NCBI GenBank assembly: GCA_011049455.1
Contig: DSBL01000136.1
Span: 2,789-66,788, forward strand
Direction: 5' to 3'
Origin: Desulfonatronum sp.
GTDB lineage: Bacteria; Desulfobacterota; Desulfovibrionia; Desulfovibrionales; Desulfonatronaceae
DNA: 64,000 bases
The position numbers were made by a program, and so were the translations under genes. Shown in pieces: positions 48,805 through 57,998 of this stretch; position 1 is the stretch's first letter, and each line of letters opens with the position of its first letter. The notes under the pieces were generated by a model. That model saw nothing but the letters and a program-made list of their open reading frames with translations. It was not told the DNA's origin and searched no databases.

Positions 48805-49299
48805 ATGTCCAAGACTTCAGATAATCTGAAACAAGCGTTTTCCGGTGAAGCTCAGGCCAATCGCAAATATCTCGCTTTTGCCAAACAAGCGGAAAAGGAG
48901 GGTTTTCCTCAGGCCGCCAAGCTGTTTCGGGCTGTGGCCGAAGCGGAAACCGTGCATGCCCATGCCCACCTGAAACATATGGGCGGCATCGGAACCACCG
49001 AGGAAAACCTGAAGGCCGCCATGGATGGAGAAATTCATGAATTCACCAAGATGTACCCCCAAATGATTGCTGACGCCAGGGAAGAAGGCCTGCGGGCAGT
49101 TGAACGCGGATTTCATTTTGCCAACGAGGTGGAAAAAATCCACGCCAGCCTGTACGCAAAAGCCTTGGAAAGCCTGGGCAAGGAAGAGAATGCGGACTAT
49201 TATGTCTGTTCGGTATGCGGTTATACTTGCGAATATCAAGCGCCGGATAAGTGTCCGGTCTGCAACGCCGCCCGGAAGGCGTTCTTCATAGTCCACTGA
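48805..49299 (+). CDS. Rubrerythrin family protein
   Basis: AFSGEAQANRKY, EAETVHA..H, EKIHA.LY diiron ligands; C-terminal CSVCGY...CPVC. Confidence 0.93.
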   Translation: MSKTSDNLKQAFSGEAQANRKYLAFAKQAEKEGFPQAAKLFRAVAEAETVHAHAHLKHMGGIGTTEENLKAAMDGEIHEFTKMYPQMIADAREEGLRAVERGFHFANEVEKIHASLYAKALESLGKEENADYYVCSVCGYTCEYQAPDKCPVCNAARKAFFIVH

Positions 49300-49415
49300 G
49301 TTCAATACCGTTTTTATCTGCTGGAATCACTTTTTCCAGCCGACCCGCTATGAGTCAACGTCTTGGTGTCGGCTTACAGCAATTCCGGGCATCTGCCCGC
49401 TCAAAGGAGTCCACC

Positions 49416-49955
49416 ATGCAACGCCTTTTGCCCACGCTCATAATCCTGGTGATCGTCTCCGGGCTGTTTGCCTGCGGTGATCAATCGCAAAACGCAGCAG
49501 TCGGGTCCACCCTTAGGAAACACAAAGACAGGATTGTCCAGCCGGAAGAACTGATCAGCCGTCAGGAGGCCGAATCCCTTATGGGCACGCAATTCAAAGA
49601 ATGCGAGAAAAGCGAACAGGCCGCTGTGGGACAGAAATCGTGCCTGTATGAATCTTATGACGCAAACACGTTTTTTCAGATCGCCCTCATTCAAGATACC
49701 GCGTTCACCGATGAAATGCTGCAATTTCAAGACGCCGCGACCATCTTCACAACGACCAAGAACATGCTCGCAGATACGGCCACCGAAGAAAGCGTGGGCG
49801 ATGAGGGATTTATCGCCACTCCTGGCATCCATGTTCTCAAGGGAAACCATTACCTGACAATTGCGATAGGCAGTATTGACGACGAGGCCAACCGGGCGAT
49901 CCTGCAGGAAGCCGGCAAAACAGCCGTAGAAAATCTGGAGAAGCTTGTGCAGTAA
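49416..49955 (+). CDS. Hypothetical lipoprotein
   Basis: ATG behind AGGAG; lipobox LFAC. Confidence 0.75.
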   Translation: MQRLLPTLIILVIVSGLFACGDQSQNAAVGSTLRKHKDRIVQPEELISRQEAESLMGTQFKECEKSEQAAVGQKSCLYESYDANTFFQIALIQDTAFTDEMLQFQDAATIFTTTKNMLADTATEESVGDEGFIATPGIHVLKGNHYLTIAIGSIDDEANRAILQEAGKTAVENLEKLVQ

Positions 49956-50100
49956 AAACTTTTCCTCTGTGATGCTTTTGACCACGAAGGTCGCTATTTG
50001 TCTGAACAAGGCTGTTGCAGTCAAGGACATCCTGATGATCCTTGGAAGCAAGCATCAAAGGAAAGGTCTGTCAGCGACGGCCCATTCACATTTCATCCGT

Positions 50101-51399
50101 TCAGCCGGAACCCGATTCCGTGGTCTGTTTCAACCTCCGGCCCATGGAGGCGATGATCTTTCGGGCCACGGCCGGGCTTTGCTCCAACAGTCCTTCGAAC
50201 ACCTTGGTGGGAATGTGCAGCAGTTCCACATCCCCTTTGGCCCGGGCCGAGGCCGTGCGCCCTTCGCCCAAAAGATACGCCATTTCCCCGAATATCTGGC
50301 CCTGCTCGATGACCGCGACAATTTCAGGTTCTGTCCGCGTTGACTGACTGGCCAGGATCTCCACCTGGCCTTGATGCAGATAGAAAATCTCTTCGCTCTG
50401 CTCGCCCTGCGTAAAAATCAGCTCTCCATCCTTGAACTGCCGGGCATACTTGAAAAAAATCCGGCGCGATCGTCCGAAAAGGACCTGCTCCAGGCGTTGG
50501 CCGAGCCCTCTTGCTCGACTGGGGGGGGCAATGATCCTGTCCAGGGCGATAATGTCGATCCGTCCGGCCACATGCACAAATTGAGCGAACAGAAAGAATA
50601 CCATGAACACCAGATAGACCCAAAGCAGCAGAAGAACCACCGTTCCAAGAGAGCCGTAGACAATGTGGTAGGAAGCCAAGCCGACGAATCGCACAAAGGC
50701 GGCTTTCAAGCCGAAAATCGCCAGGGTGCAGAGCCCCGCGCCCAGGGCCGCGTGCAATGTCCTGGGCCTGGCCAGAGGCAGAAACCGATAACAGATAAAA
50801 ATCAGGCCAAAGACCAAGGCCACGGGCAGAACCAGGCCGGACAGGGACAACAGCAGGTCATACATCCTTTCCAGCCAAACGACCTGCTCCAACTGCCGAT
50901 GCAAAAAGCGGATCACAATGTTGAAAACTGCGGACAACAAAAGCAGGATCAGCACTCCGGGCACCAAGACCATGGACAGCAGGTTGCTCCAGAAGAAATT
51001 TCTGGTGCGGGAACTGGGAAAGATCACGCCAAATGCGCTTTGCACGGAACTGATGATCAGCCTGCTGGTCCACAGAAAACCGAACAGGCCCAGCCCGCTG
51101 ACTGCGGTCTGGGCCTGAAGGATGCCGATACGGCGAAAAAAATCCTCGTTGAGCTGCTCGTTGAACTGACTCAGGAAGGCAAACAGGTCCGCGGTCAGCT
51201 CCGGATAGTTGATCAGCGACGTGTTCAACAAAGAAACCACAACCAGAATCATCGGCGCAATGGCCAACAGGAAGTAATACGCAGCGGCCGAGGCGTGGCT
51301 GGACAATTCATTCTTGGAAAAAAGCAGGGCCGTACTATATCCGGTTTGCAGAATCCAGTTCAGCCCGTTGCGCAGCAAGCTGGCCACAACATCTCCCAT
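50101..51399 (-). CDS. YihY/BrkB family membrane protein fused to a cNMP-binding domain
   Basis: ASAAAYYFLLAIAP, Y..VYGSLG.V..LLLW.Y, then IFTQGE....IFYL..GQVEI...GQIFGEMAYL....RTASARA. Confidence 0.85.
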   Translation of the reverse strand: MGDVVASLLRNGLNWILQTGYSTALLFSKNELSSHASAAAYYFLLAIAPMILVVVSLLNTSLINYPELTADLFAFLSQFNEQLNEDFFRRIGILQAQTAVSGLGLFGFLWTSRLIISSVQSAFGVIFPSSRTRNFFWSNLLSMVLVPGVLILLLLSAVFNIVIRFLHRQLEQVVWLERMYDLLLSLSGLVLPVALVFGLIFICYRFLPLARPRTLHAALGAGLCTLAIFGLKAAFVRFVGLASYHIVYGSLGTVVLLLLWVYLVFMVFFLFAQFVHVAGRIDIIALDRIIAPPSRARGLGQRLEQVLFGRSRRIFFKYARQFKDGELIFTQGEQSEEIFYLHQGQVEILASQSTRTEPEIVAVIEQGQIFGEMAYLLGEGRTASARAKGDVELLHIPTKVFEGLLEQSPAVARKIIASMGRRLKQTTESGSG

Positions 51400-51685
51400 T
51401 CAATGGCATCGCCGATGTAACCTATCCAGAATAATCAGCATTGAATTCAAGGCATGGCTGGTTCACCTTGCCTTGGCTTTATCGCTTATTTGACCGAGCC
51501 TGCCATCGTTTGCCGAACCATTGCCAGCCGCATAGGGCACATGTTCTTGTTCAGCATGCGCAATGGTTCGGCATTACGAGGACGGCGAGGAAGTTGCGGC
51601 AAAGTCAGCACAAGGCCGACCAGCCATCAGCAGCATGTGCAAAGCCGCCAGTTGCCCGACCCCTGCTCGGCAACAAACTCAAAAA

Positions 51686-52735
51686 CTAGACGGCCTCGGC
51701 CACGCGATCCCCCACCTCGTCCGTACTCATGCCCATCCGGCCGGCGGCCTGGCTGGCCATGGTCGGAAGCACCTTGATCACGGCCTGTTCCACAGCATCC
51801 GCCGCCTTCTGCTCGTCGAGTTGAGCCAGCATCATCTGGACGGCCAAGATCGCGGCCATGGGATTGGCCTTGGCCTGGCCGGCGTATTTCGGAGCCGAAC
51901 CGCCGATGGGTTCGAACATGGACACGCCCCGGGGATTGATGTTCCCGCCCGCGGCAATGCCCAGGCCGCCTTGGGTGATGGCGCCCAGGTCCGTGATGAT
52001 GTCGCCGAACATGTTGTCCGTGACAATCACGTCGAACCATTCCGGATTCTTGACCATCCACATGCAGGTGGCGTCCACGTGGGCGTAGTCCAGTTTCACC
52101 TGGGCAAATTCCTTGCCCAACTCCCGAAACACCCGTTCCCACAGGCCGAACGCGAAGGTCAGCACGTTGGTCTTGCCGCACAAGGTCAGCTGTTTCCTGG
52201 GTCTGGCCGCGGCCAGCTCAAAGGCATAGCGCAGGCACCGCTCCACCCCCATATAGGTGTTCACGGATTCCTGCACCGCGATCTCGTGTTTCGTCCCCTG
52301 CCGCAGGCATCCGCCGCTGCCCGCGTACAGTCCTTCGGTATTCTCCCGGACCACAACGTAATCGATCTGTTCCGGCCCCTTGCCCTTAAGCGGGCATTCC
52401 ACGCCTGGATACAGCTTTACCGGTCGCAGATTGATATACTGATCCAAGGCAAAGCGAATCTTCAACAAAATGCCCTGTTCCAGAACGCCCGGCTTGACGT
52501 CCGGATGACCGATGGCCCCGAGATAGAGAGCATCCAGATTCCGCATCTCGTCCAAAACGGAATCCGGAACAAGCTCCCCGGTCTTCAGGTAACGCTCCCC
52601 GCCCAGGTCGATGTGCTGCCAGTCAATGCTGAAGCCGAATCGTTCGCCGGCCGCGTCCAGGACCTTGCGGCCCTGCATGGTCACTTCCGGGCCGATGCCG
52701 TCCCCCGGGAACCAGCCGATGGTGTACTTGCCCAT
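51686..52735 (-). CDS. leuB: 3-isopropylmalate dehydrogenase
   Basis: [47 protein letters not shown]; located in the leu operon. Confidence 0.9.
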   Translation of the reverse strand: MGKYTIGWFPGDGIGPEVTMQGRKVLDAAGERFGFSIDWQHIDLGGERYLKTGELVPDSVLDEMRNLDALYLGAIGHPDVKPGVLEQGILLKIRFALDQYINLRPVKLYPGVECPLKGKGPEQIDYVVVRENTEGLYAGSGGCLRQGTKHEIAVQESVNTYMGVERCLRYAFELAAARPRKQLTLCGKTNVLTFAFGLWERVFRELGKEFAQVKLDYAHVDATCMWMVKNPEWFDVIVTDNMFGDIITDLGAITQGGLGIAAGGNINPRGVSMFEPIGGSAPKYAGQAKANPMAAILAVQMMLAQLDEQKAADAVEQAVIKVLPTMASQAAGRMGMSTDEVGDRVAEAV

Positions 52736-52911
52736 GGGTATTTCTCTCCTTGGTTATGAAGAATGATTATTTCAGAAAGGATTGTCCCGCTCACTTATCG
52801 TTGTCGGGTTCCCAATCGGGATCGGTATCGACAGCACATGCGACAAGCATTTTTTTCGGCCCCAAACCTGAGGCCGAAACCCACGCCAACGCAAACTGGA
52901 GGAGGATAGAA

Positions 52912-53421
52912 TCATCGTGCTCGCTGATCCTTCGCCATCCGCTCCCGGACGTATTCCACCAGTCCGCCCTTGCCCAGGATGTCCTGCATGAATTTCGGGA
53001 CCGGGACGCAGATGATCTCTGTCTGCTGCGTCAGGTTGCGAATCACGCCGAGCGTGGCATCCACCTCCAGGCGGTCGCCGTCATGAATTCCCTGGACCGC
53101 GTCCCCGGCCTCCAGCAGGGTCAGGCCCATGTTGAATGCGTTGCGATAAAAGATCCGCGCAAAGCTGTGGGCCACCACCACGGGGATGCCGGCGCCTAAA
53201 ATGGCGATGGGCGCGTGCTCCCGGGAAGAGCCGCACCCGAAATTCGCCCCGGCCACGAGAATATCGCCCTTGTGGACCCGTTTGACCCAGCCCGGCTCCA
53301 GTCCCTCGAAGCAGTTCCGCCCCAACTCCTCGTGGTCCGTGGTCACCAGAAACCGCGCCGGAATGATCGCGTCCGTGTCGATATTAGCCCCCACGACATG
53401 GGCCGTTCCGGAATATTTCAT
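52912..53421 (-). CDS. leuD: 3-isopropylmalate dehydratase small subunit
   Basis: [37 protein letters not shown]. Start ATG 53421 behind AGGAAG. Confidence 0.96.
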   Translation of the reverse strand: MKYSGTAHVVGANIDTDAIIPARFLVTTDHEELGRNCFEGLEPGWVKRVHKGDILVAGANFGCGSSREHAPIAILGAGIPVVVAHSFARIFYRNAFNMGLTLLEAGDAVQGIHDGDRLEVDATLGVIRNLTQQTEIICVPVPKFMQDILGKGGLVEYVRERMAKDQRAR

Positions 53422-53588
53422 CGTATTCTTCCTCATATATGTTGAAAAGATTTTATCCGGCAGTTCGTTCAAAACCCCCAAGTGCAAGGAACAAAATAAA
53501 AGGTCAAGGTCAAAGCGTATTCACTCATATGTGAGCGTTTGATTTTTTTTTGCAGAGACTCAGCAATTGGGAATTTTTCAATGAACTG

Positions 53589-54848
53589 CTATATCTTCCC
53601 GGGGTGACAGATATGCCCGGCCACTGCCGTGGCCGCGGCCACGCCGGCCCCGGCCAAATAAACCTCACTGTCCAGGCTGCCCATGCGGCCCTTGAAATTA
53701 CGGTTCGTGGTGGCCAACACCTTTTCCCCGGACGCCAAAATGCCCATGTGTCCGCCCAGACACGGCCCGCAAGTGGGCGGACCGATCACGGCCCCGGCGT
53801 CCATGAAGATTTCCAGCAGGCCTTCGCGCAGGGCCTGTTTGTAGACCCTGGGAGTGGCCGGCAAAATGATCAACCGCAGGCCCTTGGCCGCCTTGCGTCC
53901 CTTGAGGACTTCCGCAGCCCGGCGCAGGTCGCTGATCCGGCCGTTGGTGCAGGAACCGATGACCACCTGATCCACGACCTCGTTCTGCACCGCCTCCACG
54001 GGCTTGACGTTCTCCGGCAGGTGCGGGCAGGCCACCAGGGGCGAAAGACCGCTTACGTCGAATCGCAATTCCCGCTCATACACCGCGCCCGGATCCGGGG
54101 TGATCTCTTGATTATCCGTGCGTCCGGCGGCCCGGGCATAGGCCAGGGTTTTGGCATCAGCGGCAAACAGACCAGCCTTGCCGCCGGCCTCGATAGCCAT
54201 GTTGGCCATGGTCATCCGGCCCTCCACCTCCATGGCCTCGATCACCGTTCCGCCGAATTCCAGGGCCTTGTAGGTGGCCCCGGCCACGCCGATTTTGCCG
54301 ATGACCAGCAGGATCAAATCCTTGGCCTCCAGGTACGCGGGCATGATTCCGGAAAACTCCACGCGGATGGTTGCGGGCACCTTGAACCAGGTTTCACCCA
54401 AAACCATGGCCCCGGCCACGTCCGTGCTGCCCATGCCCGTGGCGAATGCACCCAGCCCGCCGTAGGTGCAGGTGTGGCTGTCCGCGCCCACCACCACGTC
54501 GCCGGGGCCGACCAAGCCCAGTTCGGGCAACAAAGCGTGTTCCACCCCGGACTCGCCGCCGTCGTAGAAGTGGACGATGCCCGCCCGCTTGGCAAAATCG
54601 CGGACCACTTTCACCTGCTGGGCCGAGTCAATGTCCTTGTTCGGCGTGAAATGGTCGCAGACCAGCACGACTTTTTCCGGGTCAAAGACCTTGATCGCGC
54701 CCATGGCCTCGAAGGACTTGATGGCGAAAGGCGCGGTAATGTCGTTGGCCAGAACAAGGGAGACCGGGCATTGCACGATCCGGCCGGCATGCACGTCGCC
54801 CTGGTCATTGCTCCGGGCCAGCAATTTTTCAGCTAAGGTCTGGGGCAT
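53589..54848 (-). CDS. leuC: 3-isopropylmalate dehydratase large subunit
   Basis: CDH, GADSHTCT.G, IGSCTNGR, CGPCLGGH, TTNRNF.GRMG. Confidence 0.96.
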   Translation of the reverse strand: MPQTLAEKLLARSNDQGDVHAGRIVQCPVSLVLANDITAPFAIKSFEAMGAIKVFDPEKVVLVCDHFTPNKDIDSAQQVKVVRDFAKRAGIVHFYDGGESGVEHALLPELGLVGPGDVVVGADSHTCTYGGLGAFATGMGSTDVAGAMVLGETWFKVPATIRVEFSGIMPAYLEAKDLILLVIGKIGVAGATYKALEFGGTVIEAMEVEGRMTMANMAIEAGGKAGLFAADAKTLAYARAAGRTDNQEITPDPGAVYERELRFDVSGLSPLVACPHLPENVKPVEAVQNEVVDQVVIGSCTNGRISDLRRAAEVLKGRKAAKGLRLIILPATPRVYKQALREGLLEIFMDAGAVIGPPTCGPCLGGHMGILASGEKVLATTNRNFKGRMGSLDSEVYLAGAGVAAATAVAGHICHPGKI

Positions 54849-56365
54849 GTTTTCTCTTCCTCCTTTTTGGCCAGCCGGTTCAAGGCGTTCAGATAGGCCT
54901 TGGCGCTGGCCACGATGATATCCGGATCAGCGCCCCGGCCCACGGCCGAGGCCCCGTTCTCCTCGATGCGCACGGTGACCTCGCCCTGGGCGTCCGTGCC
55001 TCCGGTCACCGCGTTCACGGAATACTGCTGAAGACTGGGCTTGCGGTTGCAGACCTTGGCAATGGTGTGGAACACCGCGTCCACCGGGCCCACGCCGAAA
55101 TCCGCCAGCTGTTTTTCCTGGCCGTTCACCTCCAGCTTCATGGCCGCTGTGGGGATGGCCATGTTCCCGGAGAGCACGCTCAAATAAAGAAGTCGATACT
55201 TGTCCGGGATGCGATAGATTTCCTCCAGCACCAACGCTTCCAGATCCTCGGTGAGCACTTGCTCCTTCTTGTCCGCCAATCGTTTCAAGGCCTGAAACAC
55301 CAATTCCAGCTGAGCCTCGTCCAGCCGATACCCCAGTTCATCCAGCCGAGTCTTCAGGGCGTGCCGGCCGGAATGCTTGCCCAAAACCATTTCCGTGCCC
55401 GAGCGGCCGATGCTTTCCGGGGTCATGATCTCGTAGGTGGAGCGGTGCTTGAGCATCCCGTCCTGATGAATGCCGGACTCGTGGGCAAAGGCGTTGGCCC
55501 CGACCACGGCCTTGTTCGCCGGAATGGGCCGGCCAATGATCATGGACAGCAGGCGGCACGAGGGAAAAAGCTGTTCGGTTTTGATGGATGTGGCCAGGCC
55601 GTAGACGTCACGGCGTACGTTCAGGGCCATGACCACTTCTTCCAGGGCCGCGTTGCCTGCCCGCTCACCGATGCCGCTCAAGGTCACCTCGGCCTGGCGC
55701 GCTCCGGCGTAGAGCGCTGCCAGTGTGTTGGCCACGCCCAGCCCCAGATCATTGTGGCAGTGCACGCTGAAAACGGCTTTGTCCGCGTTGTGAACATGAT
55801 TCAGGAGATAACGAATCAGCTCGCCGAACTCCCCGGGCTGGGCATAGCCCACGGTGTCCGGGATGTTCACCGTGGTTGCGCCCGCGGCAATGACCCGCTC
55901 CAGGACCCGGGCCAGGAACGCGGGCTCGGAGCGGGAGGCGTCCTCGGCTGAAAATTCCACGTTGGAGGTGTGTTTGGCCGCATGGCGCACCGCTGCTTCG
56001 GCCATTTCCAGGACCTGTTCCGGGGATTTGCGCAGCTTGAATTCCATGTGCAGCGGTGATGTGGCCAGAAAAGTGTGAATACGCGGATTGACGCCGTCCT
56101 TGATGGAATCCCAGGCCCGATCAATGTCCGCGGTCGTGGCCCGACACAATCCCGCCACCTGGCAATTCTGCACGGTATTGCTGATGGCCTGTACGGACTC
56201 GAAATCTCCATGACTGGCTGCTGGAAAACCGGCTTCAATGACATCCACGCCAAGATTTTCCAGCTGGCGGGCCAGCCGGATCTTTTCCTGCATGTTCATT
56301 GTCGCTCCGGGGGACTGTTCCCCGTCGCGCAGCGTGGTATCGAAAAAAATAACGCGCTCGCTCAT
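54833..56365 (-). CDS. leuA: 2-isopropylmalate synthase
   Basis: FDTTLRDGEQSPG, IEAGFP, HCHNDLGL, GIGERAGN, HESGIHQDG, LGKHSGRH, C-terminal regulatory domain. Start ATG 56365 behind GGAG. Confidence 0.97.
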   Translation of the reverse strand: MSERVIFFDTTLRDGEQSPGATMNMQEKIRLARQLENLGVDVIEAGFPAASHGDFESVQAISNTVQNCQVAGLCRATTADIDRAWDSIKDGVNPRIHTFLATSPLHMEFKLRKSPEQVLEMAEAAVRHAAKHTSNVEFSAEDASRSEPAFLARVLERVIAAGATTVNIPDTVGYAQPGEFGELIRYLLNHVHNADKAVFSVHCHNDLGLGVANTLAALYAGARQAEVTLSGIGERAGNAALEEVVMALNVRRDVYGLATSIKTEQLFPSCRLLSMIIGRPIPANKAVVGANAFAHESGIHQDGMLKHRSTYEIMTPESIGRSGTEMVLGKHSGRHALKTRLDELGYRLDEAQLELVFQALKRLADKKEQVLTEDLEALVLEEIYRIPDKYRLLYLSVLSGNMAIPTAAMKLEVNGQEKQLADFGVGPVDAVFHTIAKVCNRKPSLQQYSVNAVTGGTDAQGEVTVRIEENGASAVGRGADPDIIVASAKAYLNALNRLAKKEEEKTCPRP

Positions 56366-56528
56366 AATGGTCTCCATAATCAAAATACAAAAGGGTTGCG
56401 AAGTCCTCACAACATGCTACGCAAGGACTCCAGGGCTGTGATCACGTTTGCGCGAAGCGTCGGCCGCTTCGAGTGTTCACGAAGCAAAAAAAGAAAGCAA
56501 GAAAAAAATATGAGGGGTGGGGGGCTGG

Positions 56529-57290
56529 TTACGGGAGTTCTTGTGGGGACTCCCGTAGCAAACGGCTCTTTCGGTAAGGAAGAATGAGGAAAGAAAGCAC
56601 CAAGCCTGAAATCAAGTAGGTGAGAAAAAACAAAAACCCCAAGACTTTGGGCTCGGAGGCGATAAACACGAAAATAAGCAGAGCAGTGACCGTTGTCCGG
56701 AAGGGATGTGTCTTGATCAGGTCGAATTCCTTCAAGGACGGATAGCGCACCCTGCTGACCATCAAAAAGGACAAGAAATAAACCAGAACCAGGGTCAGAG
56801 GACTGATCTTCTGCGCCATATACTCCGGCGCCACGGAACTGAACAGCATCAGCGTGGCCAAGATGCAAGCCGAGGCCGGAATGGGCAGCCCGATAAAATA
56901 CTTGGAAGAAATCTTGCCTGTCTGAACGTTGAAACGGGCCAAACGCAGGGCCCCGCAGGCAACAAGAAGAAAAGAGGCCAACAGGCCCAGGCGGCCGAAG
57001 GCATGCAGCTGCCACATGTACACCATGATCGCGGGAGTGACGCCGAAGGCCACCAAATCCGCCAGGGAATCCAATTGCACACCGAACTCGCTGCTGGAGC
57101 GCGTCAGGCGGGCGATCATCCCGTCCAGCCCGTCCAGAACGCAGCTCACGAGGATGGCCAAGGCGCAATACTCGAACCGCCCCTCCACGGCCCAGATAAT
57201 TCCCAGAAATCCGGAAAACAGGCTGGCCGTGGTGAACAGATTGGGCAGCAGATATACGCCCTTGCAAATGGGTTGATTATGGCGGTTCAC
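56529..57290 (-). CDS. pssA: CDP-diacylglycerol--serine O-phosphatidyltransferase
   Basis: LPNLFT, DGLDGMIAR...S.FG.QLDSLADLVAFGV.P, LRLARFNV, F.GLPIP. Confidence 0.93.
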   Translation of the reverse strand: MNRHNQPICKGVYLLPNLFTTASLFSGFLGIIWAVEGRFEYCALAILVSCVLDGLDGMIARLTRSSSEFGVQLDSLADLVAFGVTPAIMVYMWQLHAFGRLGLLASFLLVACGALRLARFNVQTGKISSKYFIGLPIPASACILATLMLFSSVAPEYMAQKISPLTLVLVYFLSFLMVSRVRYPSLKEFDLIKTHPFRTTVTALLIFVFIASEPKVLGFLFFLTYLISGLVLSFLILPYRKSRLLRESPQELP

Positions 57291-57299
57291 GTTTTTTAT

Positions 57300-57953
57300 T
57301 CAGTGTTTGGCATCGTTCAATTTGGCCATGACCGTGAAGCCGGCGCATGTCCGTTGATGCATCGTCACGCACAATTCATAGGCATCCGGAAGGTAAAGGT
57401 CAACCCTGGAGCCGAATTTGATCAGACCGATGCGCTGACCGCGGACCACCTTGTCGCCTTGCTCCGTCCAGCAGACAATGCGTCGGGCGATCAACCCGGC
57501 GATTTGGACCACGGTCCAGGAATAGCCCTCCGGCTCGACGATCTCGAATTGATTGCGTTCGTTTTCCTCGGACGCCTTGTCCAACGAGGCGTTCAGGAAT
57601 TTCCCCGGAAAATAGCTGATCGTCTCCACTTTGCCGGTCACAGGAGTACGGTTCACGTGCACGTTAAATACATTCATGAAGATGGACACCTTTTGCCGCA
57701 TCTCCCCACTAGCGGGATCCTTGGCCTGGCCGACGAAAACGATCTTTCCGTCCGCCGGGGCCACTGCCAAGCCCGCGCCTTGGGGCGTGACCCGTTCCGG
57801 GTCGCGAAAAAAATTCATGGTCAGAGCGGTCAGGACCAGAGCGACCAGGGTTAAAAAGACCCAGCCCAGCAAGGCGAGAACCAATGTCACGAAAACACCA
57901 AGGCCGATGTATGGCAGACCTTCTTTGCAAATGCCGGACGAGGCTGGACGCAT
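57300..57953 (-). CDS. psd: Phosphatidylserine decarboxylase proenzyme
   Basis: FFRDPER, APADGK, IFMNVFNVHVNR.P, QIAGLIARRI, GLIKFGSRVD (GS cleavage site). Confidence 0.95.
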   Translation of the reverse strand: MRPASSGICKEGLPYIGLGVFVTLVLALLGWVFLTLVALVLTALTMNFFRDPERVTPQGAGLAVAPADGKIVFVGQAKDPASGEMRQKVSIFMNVFNVHVNRTPVTGKVETISYFPGKFLNASLDKASEENERNQFEIVEPEGYSWTVVQIAGLIARRIVCWTEQGDKVVRGQRIGLIKFGSRVDLYLPDAYELCVTMHQRTCAGFTVMAKLNDAKH

Positions 57954-57998
57954 TATATAACTCCTTTCTGTTATTATATTTTTTCTATATTATCGCAT

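Noticed and set aside
52770-52915. 47-aa ORF overlapping the leuD stop ([12 protein letters not shown]...)
   Set aside because: ATGA overlap present but composition is non-protein-like and no family recognised.
56366-56528. T-box riboswitch or classical Leu leader peptide before leuA
   Set aside because: No GGUGGNACC T-box sequence or specifier stem; no ATG-started leader with tandem Leu codons. Kept only as an unclassified attenuator candidate.
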